This document shows, piece after piece, positions 9,642 to 19,963 of a stretch of 64,000 bases of DNA. A program made the translations under genes and the position numbers. Position 1 is the stretch's first letter, and every line of letters starts with the position of its first letter. The notes below the pieces were generated by a model. It made no database searches and was not told the DNA's origin. It saw only the letters and a list, made by a program, of their open reading frames with translations. Origin of the DNA: a virus; the IMG/VR virus record IMGVR_UViG_3300025141_000055, positions 18,134 through 82,133 of that record; one strand, 5' to 3'.

Positions 9642-11450
9642 GTGAGTATCTTATCCAAAATTCTTAGAGAAGCGGGGGGACATTTGACTAGCCCACAGGC
9701 TCGTCAAGCTTTCGTTGATGCGCTGAGCCGTTTAGATAGTAAGGCAGCACGGGAGGCACTTAATGAGATGCGTAACCTTCCTAAACTTCTTCCAGGTGTT
9801 GAGGATGCTGCGCGAGTATTCCAACCTAAGATAGGGCTCCGTTTCCCTCCGGGAGCTAGATCTATTGTCGAAACAACGACGAAGAAAGGAACTACCGTAG
9901 CGCCTGGAAGAGGAATTGGTGGCCGCTTATATAGTCCTAAGCCTCACGCTACTCCTCTAAATGAAGCACTCGTTAAGGGGACGGAGAGTATTGCGGATGC
10001 ATCTCCTGAGACCCTCTATAAGGTTCTCGAAAGCCAAGTCGCCAGTAGTGGACTCCGCGGCACTATTCATCCACAGATCCTCCAGAGGATGGCGACGGAA
10101 GGATTGGGACCAGAATTCCTTCCTCAAGTGGCTCAGCTTGTACGTAGGGGTCAGTTCCCCTCCCCGGTTGCGATAAAAGGAAGCTTGAGCAAGCTTGTGA
10201 GGCAAGCGCCTGCTCCTAAACCTCAATGGACTATTAAAGTTAGCGAGCTGAGTCCAGAGCTACGGGCTTTAAGTGTTAATGATCCCGGTACTTTTAAATC
10301 TCTTTCGGAGATCGCTCAACGAGCAGGGACTCATTACAAGGTAAATCCTCAAACTATTTTAGAAAGAATTTCTCGCCCCGGAGGGACAGAATTTTTAAGG
10401 AGACTCGACGATGGTGCACGCGAAGCCATGGGAGCTATTACTCGTACTCCGGGCGGAAAAATTGTACGTACTCCAGCTGGGGCGCGTTTTGAGCCCGTCA
10501 GTGTCCGCGTGGTGAATGGCCAGCGTCAACTAGCTGGTGGTGAGGTACCTATAGGGTTACTTGCACGTGATGCAGCAGTGGGTAATCGGGTAGCTGATCT
10601 CCAGCAGATTTTACGTAACCGAGGGGTCCAACTCGGGTTAGGAGGATTAGTCGTTGGTGGTGGTACCGCAGCTTATTTGAGTAATCAAAGCCCACCCCCT
10701 ACGGAAGGTTCTGCTCAACTTCCAGATGCCACCCCTGGAGTTATTTTCCGCGAGGATAACGGGGATGTATTAGGCGATGTAACACCACCTCCTCCGGTAC
10801 CTAATCCTCCGGGTCCTGGAAACATCGATCCAACACCCCCTCAGGGTTTAGGTTCTGACGAGAGAGATAGTGATCGTCGTGCAGCTTTAGGGCAAGCCGA
10901 TCCGGCTGCGGCTGCTATTGACCGCGCTCTTGAGCCTCTGGACCCAAGTAAGTACGGAAGTATTGCGGATTACTATGCCGCTCGGAAGGCCTATGTGGAT
11001 CAACAGGATATCCGTCGTGCTCTGATGAGATCCACGATTCACGGAGTTGAGTCACCCCAAATTGCGGCCAATCTAGCCGCCTGGGCACAGGCACACCCGG
11101 GATTAGCTTATGAACTTCAGCAGCGTCAGTTAGTTAACCCTAATGCTAGTCAACAAGGGGTCGGCTCTATTACCAATACAACTCAAATGTCCACAATGGG
11201 TGGCAATGTTCCTCAAAGTGCAGTAGCTACGGCTAATGCAGTTGAGAATCAGCTTCATACTGGAGCGACGCAGGGAGGCACTGAAATAGCCGTAGCTAAT
11301 GAAACCTTTAATTCTCCGGTTCTCCAGAATGTACGTCGAGACATCTCAGAAGCTTATCTCAATGCGGGTCGTAACCAAGCGCAAGGCAAAGGGTCTGTAG
11401 CCAAGAATTTGGCCTACCTGCAAGATAATTTTGCCCACCTACGTAGGTGA
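9642..11450 (+). CDS. large putative internal virion (ejection) protein
   Basis: A/G/R-rich with a central hydrophobic LGLGGLVVGGGTAAYL segment and a Pro-rich linker. Confidence 0.5.
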   Translation: MSILSKILREAGGHLTSPQARQAFVDALSRLDSKAAREALNEMRNLPKLLPGVEDAARVFQPKIGLRFPPGARSIVETTTKKGTTVAPGRGIGGRLYSPKPHATPLNEALVKGTESIADASPETLYKVLESQVASSGLRGTIHPQILQRMATEGLGPEFLPQVAQLVRRGQFPSPVAIKGSLSKLVRQAPAPKPQWTIKVSELSPELRALSVNDPGTFKSLSEIAQRAGTHYKVNPQTILERISRPGGTEFLRRLDDGAREAMGAITRTPGGKIVRTPAGARFEPVSVRVVNGQRQLAGGEVPIGLLARDAAVGNRVADLQQILRNRGVQLGLGGLVVGGGTAAYLSNQSPPPTEGSAQLPDATPGVIFREDNGDVLGDVTPPPPVPNPPGPGNIDPTPPQGLGSDERDSDRRAALGQADPAAAAIDRALEPLDPSKYGSIADYYAARKAYVDQQDIRRALMRSTIHGVESPQIAANLAAWAQAHPGLAYELQQRQLVNPNASQQGVGSITNTTQMSTMGGNVPQSAVATANAVENQLHTGATQGGTEIAVANETFNSPVLQNVRRDISEAYLNAGRNQAQGKGSVAKNLAYLQDNFAHLRR

Positions 11451-11479
11451 TTTAAACTTACTTTATTAGGCCTCTTTCC

Positions 11480-12091
11480 ATGTCCTCCGACTATCCCAAT
11501 TACGCAGGACCTGCCGGTCCAGGGTCCCTCTCCGATTATTCCGTCGTGGCAGAAGCCCCACCTTCGGTTCATGGCGAAGATCGTCCACGTCGCTCCGGGT
11601 TTGCAGGGATTATTGATGAGATAGGTCTGTTCGCGAGGAATGTTACCCCAGCTGCGGAAAGAGTGATTGATATTGTACGTATGTCGAGGGGTCAACGTCC
11701 TATTTATTCTGTATATGATAAGTACTACGGGCGTGGAGGATTAGGTCCCGGAGGGAGATATGGAGGACAGCGTTTAGGTGAGGTTATAGATGGTATAAGA
11801 AGTAGAAATCAAGAAAGATGGAATAGACAGGATAAGAGCAGAGGAACACAGCCCGCTCCTACGCCCTCTGCTGGTGAAGAAGGGACTGATTCATTATTAA
11901 AGAGTGGAGATACTTTAGTTAATAACTTACAGGCTCAGATTGATGCACTTCAGGAGGAACTCAATGCACTTAGAGAAGCCGATGCCGAGGTAGGGGTGTC
12001 AGATGTAGAATTAGGGCCGGGTGCTCGTATACCGGTTCAGCCTTGGGGAGGGGATACACTGGTAGATCCTACCCGGGCCCTCTCCCCCTAA
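11480..12091 (+). CDS. hypothetical protein with a coiled coil
   Basis: ORF track; LQAQIDALQEELNALR heptads. Confidence 0.6.
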   Translation: MSSDYPNYAGPAGPGSLSDYSVVAEAPPSVHGEDRPRRSGFAGIIDEIGLFARNVTPAAERVIDIVRMSRGQRPIYSVYDKYYGRGGLGPGGRYGGQRLGEVIDGIRSRNQERWNRQDKSRGTQPAPTPSAGEEGTDSLLKSGDTLVNNLQAQIDALQEELNALREADAEVGVSDVELGPGARIPVQPWGGDTLVDPTRALSP

Positions 12092-12115
12092 TTCAAGTAT
12101 TTGTCGTAAACACTA

Positions 12116-12673
12116 ATGGCCTCCACTTCGACTAATAAACAACCCTTAATGGTTGACCGTCCTTTCCTGAGAGGAGCGAGGTTCACTAGTGGGTCGACAA
12201 CGGTCACTAACCAGGGCAATCCTACTTTTAGTAACCTAGTTCAACTGGTGAGGGTGGGTGATATTCCCTCTGAAGATGGCGGACTCGTAGAAGATCTTTG
12301 GGTAGTCTCTAATGAGGGATACCCTGATACGGCAGGTATTTATTCTGCCGCCTTTGGTGTTTACCTTTATGCGCCGGACCAGGCAGCTCCATCTTCTTCA
12401 TCTTCCCTATTATTAGGAAAATTCGAGGTCGGACTATCAGGCAGTACTGAGGGTTTGATTCAACGTGTCGAATTACCCGCAACTATCGCCCCTACTCCAC
12501 GTACCGGTGATACTAACTTGGCAAGGCCAATTGAGCTTGGTAAGTCTGAAGCAATGTATTTAGAGAAAGGTTATATCCTATGTATTGGATACTATGGAAA
12601 TGGGCCAGCCGCTGTTTCAGGTGGTCTTAGTGCTTCCGGGTTGTCTATATTTGCCCAAGGTGGTTTTTATTAA
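12116..12673 (+). CDS. hypothetical structural protein
   Basis: Beta-rich; ends in GGFY, similar to the next gene (GGVY). Confidence 0.6.
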   Translation: MASTSTNKQPLMVDRPFLRGARFTSGSTTVTNQGNPTFSNLVQLVRVGDIPSEDGGLVEDLWVVSNEGYPDTAGIYSAAFGVYLYAPDQAAPSSSSSLLLGKFEVGLSGSTEGLIQRVELPATIAPTPRTGDTNLARPIELGKSEAMYLEKGYILCIGYYGNGPAAVSGGLSASGLSIFAQGGFY

Positions 12674-12676
12674 AAA

Positions 12677-14263
12677 GTGGGAAGCCGCATAGGTCAGAAT
12701 CACTTCGGTAGTTCTACTTTTGGTTATAAGAGTTTTGAGCGGCGCTCTTCTAAGTTTGCGTTTAAAAATCTGCACGGAGCGGACACTACGCGCCAACTAA
12801 ATAGAGCAATGCCTCCGGAAGCTAAGTTTCGTCCCCAGACGGAACTGAAGGATTTCGGTTTACTTAGTGACTATGATTATGCCTCTCTTTGGTGCAGATG
12901 GAGACGAGGGTATGAGCTTTATATGTATGCGGATCAGGCCTTTGTAGGAATGAACTATACGTTCAGATACTACATTTCCGGTACACAGAATTTGGGCCCT
13001 GCTATTCCGGGGGCGGTGTGGATGTATCCGTCTATGAAACAGGACATGGCGATGCATGTCACTACGATTAGGCCACGCGATGTTTATAACTTTCTTGACT
13101 ACGGTCTCGCTATCCAGAGTGTTACAACCTATTCTGAAGGGATCCTGGCGGTTGTTCTAAATGGAAACTTCGGGCCTCCCGTTACCTACTTTATCGGTGA
13201 AGTATTATCTGACCGCTTTAATGCGGATGGTACAGAGAAGACAAGTTACGGTAACTATACTCTTGTCAATGTTGGTACAGATGGGGTTATTGCTGATCCC
13301 TCCACTAGTGCTCATGGGGATCATAATACTTTGTTTTTAGCTAATGGAACTAATACTAGTTGGAGTGTAATCGATAGTAATACCCTCAGTGCTCCGGCGG
13401 CATCCAACCCTACCCCCGGAGATTATTTAACAACGGAGTATCGCTACAGTTGTAGTTGTCCTGATTATGTAGGACGAGAGGATTTCAATCTTTATAAGTA
13501 CAACACAAAACGAATATATCCTTACACCCTCCCTCAAGATTTGAAACCGGGCACTTACGATCCGGGGGGAACCGAAACTGGTCCGGAGAGATTACAAGAG
13601 ACTCGCGACTATCCGGGTGCAGCCCGCGACTTCGGTTTTATCTATGTCAATACTCTCTTAAAGGCTCCGGAATATAAAGATGATGGGAAGACATTTTCCG
13701 ATCCCAATATGTACTTTTATATGCCTAAGTGGTGTAAGCATCTTTATGCATCCTTTTTCGACTTAAGGAATCGCTTACCGGCTACCGCTACGGTTATTAA
13801 TCCGTGGTTAGATCAGCCCGCCGATGAGCCCATGGATGGAAGATATAGACAGTATTTCTTTAAGCAGCTTAAGAAAGAAACTGATTCACGGAAACGTGAT
13901 AAAGATCTCGCTTGGTGGGAGAAATATAGTCCTTCAATGACGGATACTCCTACGCATTTGATGTATCCGGATATGTTCCCCGCGGTCATTAAGGCCCTTA
14001 ATTTTGATACTGCTATTTCGGGAGCTGATTCTAGTCGGCCTATCGTAGCCAGTGGCTTCGTCATGACGAAAATTGGTGACTACAATCCTTTCTTACCTAT
14101 TTCCGAGCGAGATATCATTGATGGAGGGCACTATGAAGATGGTGACCTAGTTCCATTAGCTTCAGGTCTCGTTGCCCCTCTCTTTAATGGGGGGCAATAT
14201 GACGATGGGGTTACCATTCCTCCTTCTATTGAGCCTCTTTTAATTAACGGGGGTGTTTATTAA
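12677..14263 (+). CDS. structural protein with a split SWIM-like zinc finger
   Basis: YSCSCPDY ... WCKHL (CxC...CxH) with an unusually long insert between the halves. Confidence 0.55.
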   Translation: MGSRIGQNHFGSSTFGYKSFERRSSKFAFKNLHGADTTRQLNRAMPPEAKFRPQTELKDFGLLSDYDYASLWCRWRRGYELYMYADQAFVGMNYTFRYYISGTQNLGPAIPGAVWMYPSMKQDMAMHVTTIRPRDVYNFLDYGLAIQSVTTYSEGILAVVLNGNFGPPVTYFIGEVLSDRFNADGTEKTSYGNYTLVNVGTDGVIADPSTSAHGDHNTLFLANGTNTSWSVIDSNTLSAPAASNPTPGDYLTTEYRYSCSCPDYVGREDFNLYKYNTKRIYPYTLPQDLKPGTYDPGGTETGPERLQETRDYPGAARDFGFIYVNTLLKAPEYKDDGKTFSDPNMYFYMPKWCKHLYASFFDLRNRLPATATVINPWLDQPADEPMDGRYRQYFFKQLKKETDSRKRDKDLAWWEKYSPSMTDTPTHLMYPDMFPAVIKALNFDTAISGADSSRPIVASGFVMTKIGDYNPFLPISERDIIDGGHYEDGDLVPLASGLVAPLFNGGQYDDGVTIPPSIEPLLINGGVY

Positions 14264-14832
14264 TGTCATCTACTCCAGTAACCCTTCTCTTCAAACGAAC
14301 GGGTAATGCCGCTGACCGCCCTAGTGGAGCGACGGTTCAAACAGGTGAGCCGGCTATTTGTTTTGGAGCAGCAGATCCTGGACTTTACTTTAAGGATTCG
14401 GCGGGATCTATCCGAAAAGTAGGAGGCTCCGCATACGCTGCTAGTGCCCCTAACTCGACCCCGGTAGGCTCACCAGGAAATTCCACCGGAGAGATCTGGG
14501 TTGATTCCTCAACTTCCGAGAAGTATTTGAAAGTGTGGAATGGGGCAGCTTGGGACAAAGTAGGAGCGGCTTTTGCAGATACATCTGCTACAGCGACGGT
14601 TCCCTTTGCCTCTGGCGCTGCTTACGCTGATTCTGCATTAGTGGCGTCCGGCGCATTTGGAGCCATTATGGCTTCCGGTGTGATCACTGCCACAGGGGTG
14701 CCTGTCGCCGATATCTATACCGGAGCACTAACAGGAACAGGGCCTTCCGGCTCCTTCCGTTATAAAGCGGATGATACGGGTAGTCCTAGTGGAATTTATG
14801 TGGCTTATGCAGGTGGGTGGGCGTTAACTTAA
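14263..14832 (+). CDS. tail/fibre-associated protein
   Basis: LLFKRTG...RP....GEPAI...GLYFKDS.G..RKVG and GEIWVD...LKVWNG motifs typical of fibre N-termini. Confidence 0.6.
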   Translation: MSSTPVTLLFKRTGNAADRPSGATVQTGEPAICFGAADPGLYFKDSAGSIRKVGGSAYAASAPNSTPVGSPGNSTGEIWVDSSTSEKYLKVWNGAAWDKVGAAFADTSATATVPFASGAAYADSALVASGAFGAIMASGVITATGVPVADIYTGALTGTGPSGSFRYKADDTGSPSGIYVAYAGGWALT

Positions 14833-14845
14833 AGAGAGGAGAAGA

Positions 14846-15109
14846 CTACATGGAGGATAATACTGAGCCCAAACTACAGGCCTCTTCTTCGGCGGGAGAC
14901 TCGGATCCATTTAAGTATTTTTGAAGAGCGTCTTGGTTGACTCTATAAAGGGACTTAGCTCCATTTGGTTGGAGATTAACAAATATTCCTTTGGGCCAGC
15001 CTCCTGGTTGATTAGCTTCGGCTAGTGCAATCCGCTTACGTACAAACCCCGCAGAACAGTTGAGTAGTTCGGCAGTTTGAGCAATTGTAAGTAACCGAGA
15101 AGAATCCAT
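14846..15109 (-). CDS. excisionase-like HTH DNA-binding protein
   Basis: LLTIAQTAELLNCSAGFVRKRI...YRVN (HTH_17/MerR-like). Confidence 0.7.
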   Translation of the reverse strand: MDSSRLLTIAQTAELLNCSAGFVRKRIALAEANQPGGWPKGIFVNLQPNGAKSLYRVNQDALQKYLNGSESPAEEEACSLGSVLSSM

Positions 15110-15268
15110 TTGATTACAGAAGTTCAGTGTGTGAGGACGTGCAGAGGTTAGCAGGTATGATGTCTGCGCGACTGTGCCATTGTGTATTTTATATTCTCTT
15201 CATATTTAGGTCCCTCATATTAGCAAATATACATTCGCGCTAGAATAATTGGAGACTGTACTTGCTTT

Positions 15269-15520
15269 ATGGACCCTCAAGACACTTGCGTTCGTGTGGG
15301 GCTTTCCCTAGAGGATGATTTAACCCTAACGAGAGTTAAAAAGAAGGCTTATTCATTAAAGGGAGACGCGCGTGATCAATATCTTTGGAAAACCATCTTT
15401 AGATTCGTATGTCGAGAGCGCGCGTATAAATCAGTCATGCAAGAGATCGGCGTGGTCGTCGATACTAACGTTGATCTTTTTGGTGACGACGAGCGGTATA
15501 ATAACATCGACGCTGCTTAG
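15269..15520 (+). CDS. nblA: NblA-like phycobilisome degradation adaptor (copy 1)
   Basis: Gapless match to the recalled Anabaena NblA pattern LSLE...D....FLxK....VxRExxY: LSLEDDLTL...DQYLWK...VCRERAYKSVM. Confidence 0.6.
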   Translation: MDPQDTCVRVGLSLEDDLTLTRVKKKAYSLKGDARDQYLWKTIFRFVCRERAYKSVMQEIGVVVDTNVDLFGDDERYNNIDAA

Positions 15521-15524
15521 TCAG

Positions 15525-16163
15525 ATGCCCATCATCGGTAAGTTAGTGAGAGAGGCCCTACCGTGGGTACTCAAAGCAGCTGCTTTCGAAGGTGCGCGGC
15601 GTGTAGTTACCGGTGAGGAACCCTCTCCAGTTGTACCTCCTCAGACTGAAGGCGTTCCTAACACACCCCCCATCAAGGAGAGTTACTTACCTGCCATATC
15701 TCCCAGTGAACGGCTGTGGCTAGATACTATTTCATTTATGGAGGGGACTTGGAATTCTAAGAAGAATGCACCGGAATATCGGATGATGTTTGGAGGAGGG
15801 CTTGCACCTAATCTTGATATTCATCCCGATAATCCAATTACTAGTGGACGTCATACGAGTGCAGCAGCCGGAGCTTATCAATTTATGCCTTTTACCTGGG
15901 ATTCTGCAGCTAAAGCTTTAAAGTTACGTTCTTTCGGCCCTGTGGAGCAAGACCATGCGGCCCTTCGTCTGCTGAGGAACAGAGGGGTAGATCCGAGTGT
16001 AGACCCCATCTCTCCCGACACCCTTCATTTAATCGCCGGCGAGTGGGCGGCGTCTCCTCTACGCTCCGGCGCCAGTTATTATGCTCATTTGGGACAGCGG
16101 GCTAAAGCTCATAACGTTATCTTCGATTTTGCGAGAAGACGGCGTCAACAATTAATACCTTAA
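15525..16163 (+). CDS. lambda-R-type lysozyme / lytic transglycosylase
   Basis: WLDTISFMEGT, AAAGAYQF..TW, F.P..QD.AA, EWAA; start reassigned to the ATG at 15525. Confidence 0.8.
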   Translation: MPIIGKLVREALPWVLKAAAFEGARRVVTGEEPSPVVPPQTEGVPNTPPIKESYLPAISPSERLWLDTISFMEGTWNSKKNAPEYRMMFGGGLAPNLDIHPDNPITSGRHTSAAAGAYQFMPFTWDSAAKALKLRSFGPVEQDHAALRLLRNRGVDPSVDPISPDTLHLIAGEWAASPLRSGASYYAHLGQRAKAHNVIFDFARRRRQQLIP

Positions 16164-16207
16164 GATTAGAACTAATAGTCTAAAATAAGGTATACACGAG
16201 GCGTAGA

Positions 16208-17065
16208 ATGTCCGACGTTATTTGGGGTGACATCGCCCCGGGCTCTATAGGTGGGATGGACTACAGCAATACACCCGATTGGAACGTCCCCTACGATACT
16301 GGCTCGGACCCTGGTTGGACAACTAGTCCTTTCGGCAACACTCCTTTTTCGGGGGATGTTTTTAGTGGAGACCAGTTGGGAGGCCTTATGGATAATAATC
16401 CGTGGACTTCTTCTACGGGTACTGATTCGAGTTCGGGAGGAGGTATATGGGGAGCGCTTACAGATAATGCACCTGATATTATTCGTCTAGCAGGTTCTAT
16501 TTTTAGTGGTCTTGGTGGGAATGATAATGGCGGAGGAGATCCTAGTGCCGGTTTCTGGGGTCAGGAGTATCAGCGACAAGCTACCGAAGAACTCGATAAT
16601 CGAGCCGCTGCTACCTACGATCAAATTAAGGATATTATGTCCGATATTAGAGGACTAACCGGAGTAAGTACTCCGGATGCGGTTCAAAACTATATGACTC
16701 GTTTTGATGACACTATGGATCGCTTCCATACTATAGGTCGTCAAGATGTAGAAGGGTTTAGTCCTCATATTTCGGAGGAGTATGATCGCCTAGGAAACCG
16801 TATAGATGCCGCCCGAAAGCAATATAGCCTGATGAGAGATCCAGCTTTTAAACAAGCTTATAAGGATCCTGATGCGGTTTCACCAGTTAATACTCAATCT
16901 ATTAAGAGCACTATGACTCTGGGACCCGAGTTTGCTCATCACTATGATTACACTGATGCTGCTACTCAAGCGATGATCCGTGGTAGAGAGGAAGCACTTC
17001 CAGCAGCAGCGAATTTCTATGCAAATGATGCCGCTGTGCGTGAATTAATGAATTATGGTGTCTGA
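16208..17065 (+). CDS. putative internal virion protein
   Basis: G/D-rich N-terminus, helical C-terminus; TAAAAT box at 16181. Confidence 0.5.
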   Translation: MSDVIWGDIAPGSIGGMDYSNTPDWNVPYDTGSDPGWTTSPFGNTPFSGDVFSGDQLGGLMDNNPWTSSTGTDSSSGGGIWGALTDNAPDIIRLAGSIFSGLGGNDNGGGDPSAGFWGQEYQRQATEELDNRAAATYDQIKDIMSDIRGLTGVSTPDAVQNYMTRFDDTMDRFHTIGRQDVEGFSPHISEEYDRLGNRIDAARKQYSLMRDPAFKQAYKDPDAVSPVNTQSIKSTMTLGPEFAHHYDYTDAATQAMIRGREEALPAAANFYANDAAVRELMNYGV

Positions 17066-17370
17066 TGAGCGATTTCGAACGTTCCGGCCCAGAAAGGCGA
17101 GCTGAAAGCCACGTCAAACGTCGCCTACATCATGTAGACCGCAATCCGCACTTCTTTCGCTTCGCTGGAGAATTATTTAACACTGCGAAGAAGCACAAAC
17201 ACAGAGAGGATATCCGGGAAGAAAGAGAAAGAATGCAAAGAAAAAGACCTGTCGGAATAGGTTTTGGTGAGAATGATAATTATGGGCCAGATGACTCGTG
17301 GGACACTGCTGAGGAACTTAAATATAAACCCGTCCCAGAGTACTATACAAAGCAGAGAAGTGAGTGGTAG
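17065..17370 (+). CDS. hypothetical charged protein
   Basis: TGATG coupling to the previous gene. Confidence 0.6.
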   Translation: MSDFERSGPERRAESHVKRRLHHVDRNPHFFRFAGELFNTAKKHKHREDIREERERMQRKRPVGIGFGENDNYGPDDSWDTAEELKYKPVPEYYTKQRSEW

Positions 17371-17896
17371 CCTCTTGGTAATTATTAATTGAAGGCAAAT
17401 AAAAGATAAAACCGAATACTTTGGAGCTTCTTACTTTATTAAGTTCTTTATTATCTATCAATAGTTTGGGGCGCTCCTTCAGAATACAAATAGGGAAGTC
17501 AAACCCTATTCGTTGCGTAGAAAGAAGGGCCACTTCCGAAGAAGTAATAAATATAATTGCCTGATCAAACTCTTTCCGTAACCACTTTTCATAAGCTAGT
17601 TCTAACCATACACGTTGACTGGATTTTTTAAATCGAGTTGTTTTTTGAAAAAGACGCGTCTCTTTGGGTTGTTCATCCCCTGCTAGAACATCCCGGGGAG
17701 GGTATAAATAAAGATTTTTGGCTTTCCAGGTTTGTTTGAGGCCATTATCCCTCCAAGTAAAGTACTTGGTGGCCCCCACAACCTTATTAGCATGGGGACT
17801 AGAAGCCGGATCTAGGTCAATTTCCCCACCAAAAAAGGTCGTGGTGGTTCCTATTACATCAAAAGGGGAAACAAAATCTCTAGATAATAAGACCAT
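17318..17896 (-). CDS. phage DNA adenine methyltransferase-like protein with an altered catalytic motif
   Basis: IDLDPASS..AN, DNGLKQTW, DQAIIF and PICI...R match phage N6-MTases, but the NPPY position reads YPPR. Confidence 0.65.
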   Translation of the reverse strand: MVLLSRDFVSPFDVIGTTTTFFGGEIDLDPASSPHANKVVGATKYFTWRDNGLKQTWKAKNLYLYPPRDVLAGDEQPKETRLFQKTTRFKKSSQRVWLELAYEKWLRKEFDQAIIFITSSEVALLSTQRIGFDFPICILKERPKLLIDNKELNKVRSSKVFGFIFYLPSINNYQEATTHFSALYSTLGRVYI

Positions 17897-18299
17897 TGGC
17901 GTACTCGTCTATTTTTTTATTGCATTCTTCCGCATCCAAAAGATGGATGGCAACACCCGCATCATGGATCATGGCGATAAGAGCAAGATCGGATTCATGT
18001 TCTTTTTCGATAATTTTGACGACGCGTTGGAACAACTCTTCTGCTTCTTTATTCATCACTTCTTGAGCAACCGCTATATCCGCTTCGAGGTCGGTGATCG
18101 TGAGATACCTGCTTTTATCCGGTTCTTCAGGGTTAAATACCAGGATACCCTTTCCTCTTACTCCTTTATGGTCAAAATATAGTTTCGTAATATCGGCCAG
18201 AATCATCCGCATCGTGCCAGCGGCGACCATATTATCGGTTTCACTTTTTCCAAAGAGCTGTTTAATTAATAATGTGGCATTCCTAGAAGGATCAGACAT
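17880..18299 (-). CDS. hypothetical protein
   Basis: Likely start MSDPSR, coupled to the upstream stop. Confidence 0.65.
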   Translation of the reverse strand: MSDPSRNATLLIKQLFGKSETDNMVAAGTMRMILADITKLYFDHKGVRGKGILVFNPEEPDKSRYLTITDLEADIAVAQEVMNKEAEELFQRVVKIIEKEHESDLALIAMIHDAGVAIHLLDAEECNKKIDEYANGLII

Positions 18300-18618
18300 G
18301 TTGAAAGTTACTCCAAGCGGAATTAATGATGGCGTGCGGGTCATAGAGGAATTTAGAGCTATTACGCTCCTCTGGATCTAGTTTACAAAAGTGCTTTCCT
18401 TCGACAAGCCCTGACTTACCTCCGGAAGCAATACCCTGGTGAATTAGACGATCTAAAGCCACAGCGGGGATGTTTAAGCGTTGACACATCGACCGCTTCG
18501 AGAGAAAAGCCGTAGTGCGGTGTTCTTTATCGCGTTGAGCCGCTAATAATTGCAGTGAGACATCGATACCAGCGAGAGAATCGCGGATAGCTTTTATTTC
18601 GCGAAGAGAGGTGTCCAT
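18292..18618 (-). CDS. putative DNA-binding protein
   Basis: Likely start MDTSLR; FLSKRSMCQRLNIP...LVEGKHF resembles an HTH/winged helix. Confidence 0.55.
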   Translation of the reverse strand: MDTSLREIKAIRDSLAGIDVSLQLLAAQRDKEHRTTAFLSKRSMCQRLNIPAVALDRLIHQGIASGGKSGLVEGKHFCKLDPEERNSSKFLYDPHAIINSAWSNFQHV

Positions 18619-18649
18619 GTAATAAAAATAAAGGAGGGGAGAGTTTATC

Positions 18650-19075
18650 TCAGGCCAGTAAGCGAGCGGCCTGGGTGGTGAAATCGTGAGGCTCCTCAAT
18701 AAGGAGAATAATAAGCTTATTTAATTTTTCTTCGACGTCGATAGTATTTTCGCTCTTCAAAGTGAGCCAGTAGGTATAAGCACTTAGTAAATGATGGTGA
18801 GTTTGCTTCGCCTTTAGGGCTTGGAGCCTCCATTTTTCAAAGTCTAAATTGCTGTTATGGCGTGAACTACCTATTTTTAACTCTAATTCTCTTATTTTTA
18901 TCTGAGTTTCTATATCATCGAGGATAAATTGAGTGGCACTTACTTTAGCCTTGCAATCCGCCAACGAGGAGGGTGGCTCATTATCGGTATAAATCCACAA
19001 AGGGAGGTTTGGGATACGATATTTTTCCTCCCATAGAGGAGTCTTCTCCTCATTACTAGTTTCACGCAACGGCAT
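18650..19075 (-). CDS. hypothetical helical protein
   Basis: Likely start MPLRE, overlapping the end of the upstream gene. Confidence 0.6.
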   Translation of the reverse strand: MPLRETSNEEKTPLWEEKYRIPNLPLWIYTDNEPPSSLADCKAKVSATQFILDDIETQIKIRELELKIGSSRHNSNLDFEKWRLQALKAKQTHHHLLSAYTYWLTLKSENTIDVEEKLNKLIILLIEEPHDFTTQAARLLA

Positions 19076-19463
19076 GGAGTTCGGTGAGTATTTCTTCGAT
19101 AAATAAGTTGAAATCGCCATTTAAACAATAAAGGGAGTGCTGTTCGAACCGGATGTTAACTACTAACCCAAGGCGAGCTAACTTGCGAAGATGCTCACGG
19201 GTCGTATTGGGAGTTTGTCCTAGAGCCGTGGTTAACTCTTTTACGTCCGTTGGTTGTAAAAATTTTAGCTCCTCTATAAGATAACCAATTTTTTCGATTT
19301 CCCGTCTACGGATCGCACGCACTGTATCGATCTGACGGAGAGATCTAAGGAAAGCTGATCGCGCAAAAGAAGTTGGGTCGTTTTGGAAGAAACTCCCTGC
19401 GCGGCTAGCTTCTGAATGTAATGACGAATGGGCTGAGAAACTTTGGCGGCAGGACTGCGACAT
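19062..19463 (-). CDS. winged-helix HTH protein (start uncertain)
   Basis: TDVKELTTALGQTPNTTREHLRKLARLGLV...YCL is ArsR-like. Confidence 0.65.
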   Translation of the reverse strand: MSQSCRQSFSAHSSLHSEASRAGSFFQNDPTSFARSAFLRSLRQIDTVRAIRRREIEKIGYLIEELKFLQPTDVKELTTALGQTPNTTREHLRKLARLGLVVNIRFEQHSLYCLNGDFNLFIEEILTELHAVA

Positions 19464-19963
19464 ACATATAAATGATAAGGGTTAATGCAGTGCTCATCAC
19501 AGCACTTACTGCGCACGAAATGTTTATAATTTAAGTTTTTCTTCCAAAAGGTTTCATAAACAAAACGACGAGTGCGAATACTGCGACCTTCCCGCACATC
19601 TCGGCAATATCCCAGATCATCGGGTAAATAGAGGTGCTTCTCTTCGCTAATAAGGGGTCGATTCCGTTCTAACCAGGCCCAGAGATGACCTGTTTTTCCT
19701 CGGGCATTCTCAAACTCCGATCTACACACCTCACAGGCGGGAATGAGGTTGGTAGGGAGCCTGACTTTCTTTAAATCAGTAAGAGGAATGATCAAGGGGT
19801 CAGAACGCTCACAGCTGCATCGCCATACGCAACACGAGGAGTATTCATCCACTCGCCAGTGACCTCGTACCGAGGTGGCTAAAGCCCTTTCGGTGGTGGG
19901 GTGATGAGCTTCAGTTGTATCAAGGAGTCCTAAGAGGACGACAGCACGATCAGAAAACGACAT
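19274..19963 (-). CDS. zinc-binding HNH-derived protein with C-terminal HTH
   Basis: WRCSC...CEVC plus VRSKCCDEHCINPYHL; C-terminal LSVRSIQCV helix. Confidence 0.55.
   Translation of the reverse strand: MSFSDRAVVLLGLLDTTEAHHPTTERALATSVRGHWRVDEYSSCCVWRCSCERSDPLIIPLTDLKKVRLPTNLIPACEVCRSEFENARGKTGHLWAWLERNRPLISEEKHLYLPDDLGYCRDVREGRSIRTRRFVYETFWKKNLNYKHFVRSKCCDEHCINPYHLYVCRSPAAKVSQPIRHYIQKLAAQGVSSKTTQLLLRDQLSLDLSVRSIQCVRSVDGKSKKLVIL

Noticed and set aside
14846-15109. Prophage integration/excision module
   Set aside because: Excisionase-like HTH only; no integrase, att site or host genes in the window
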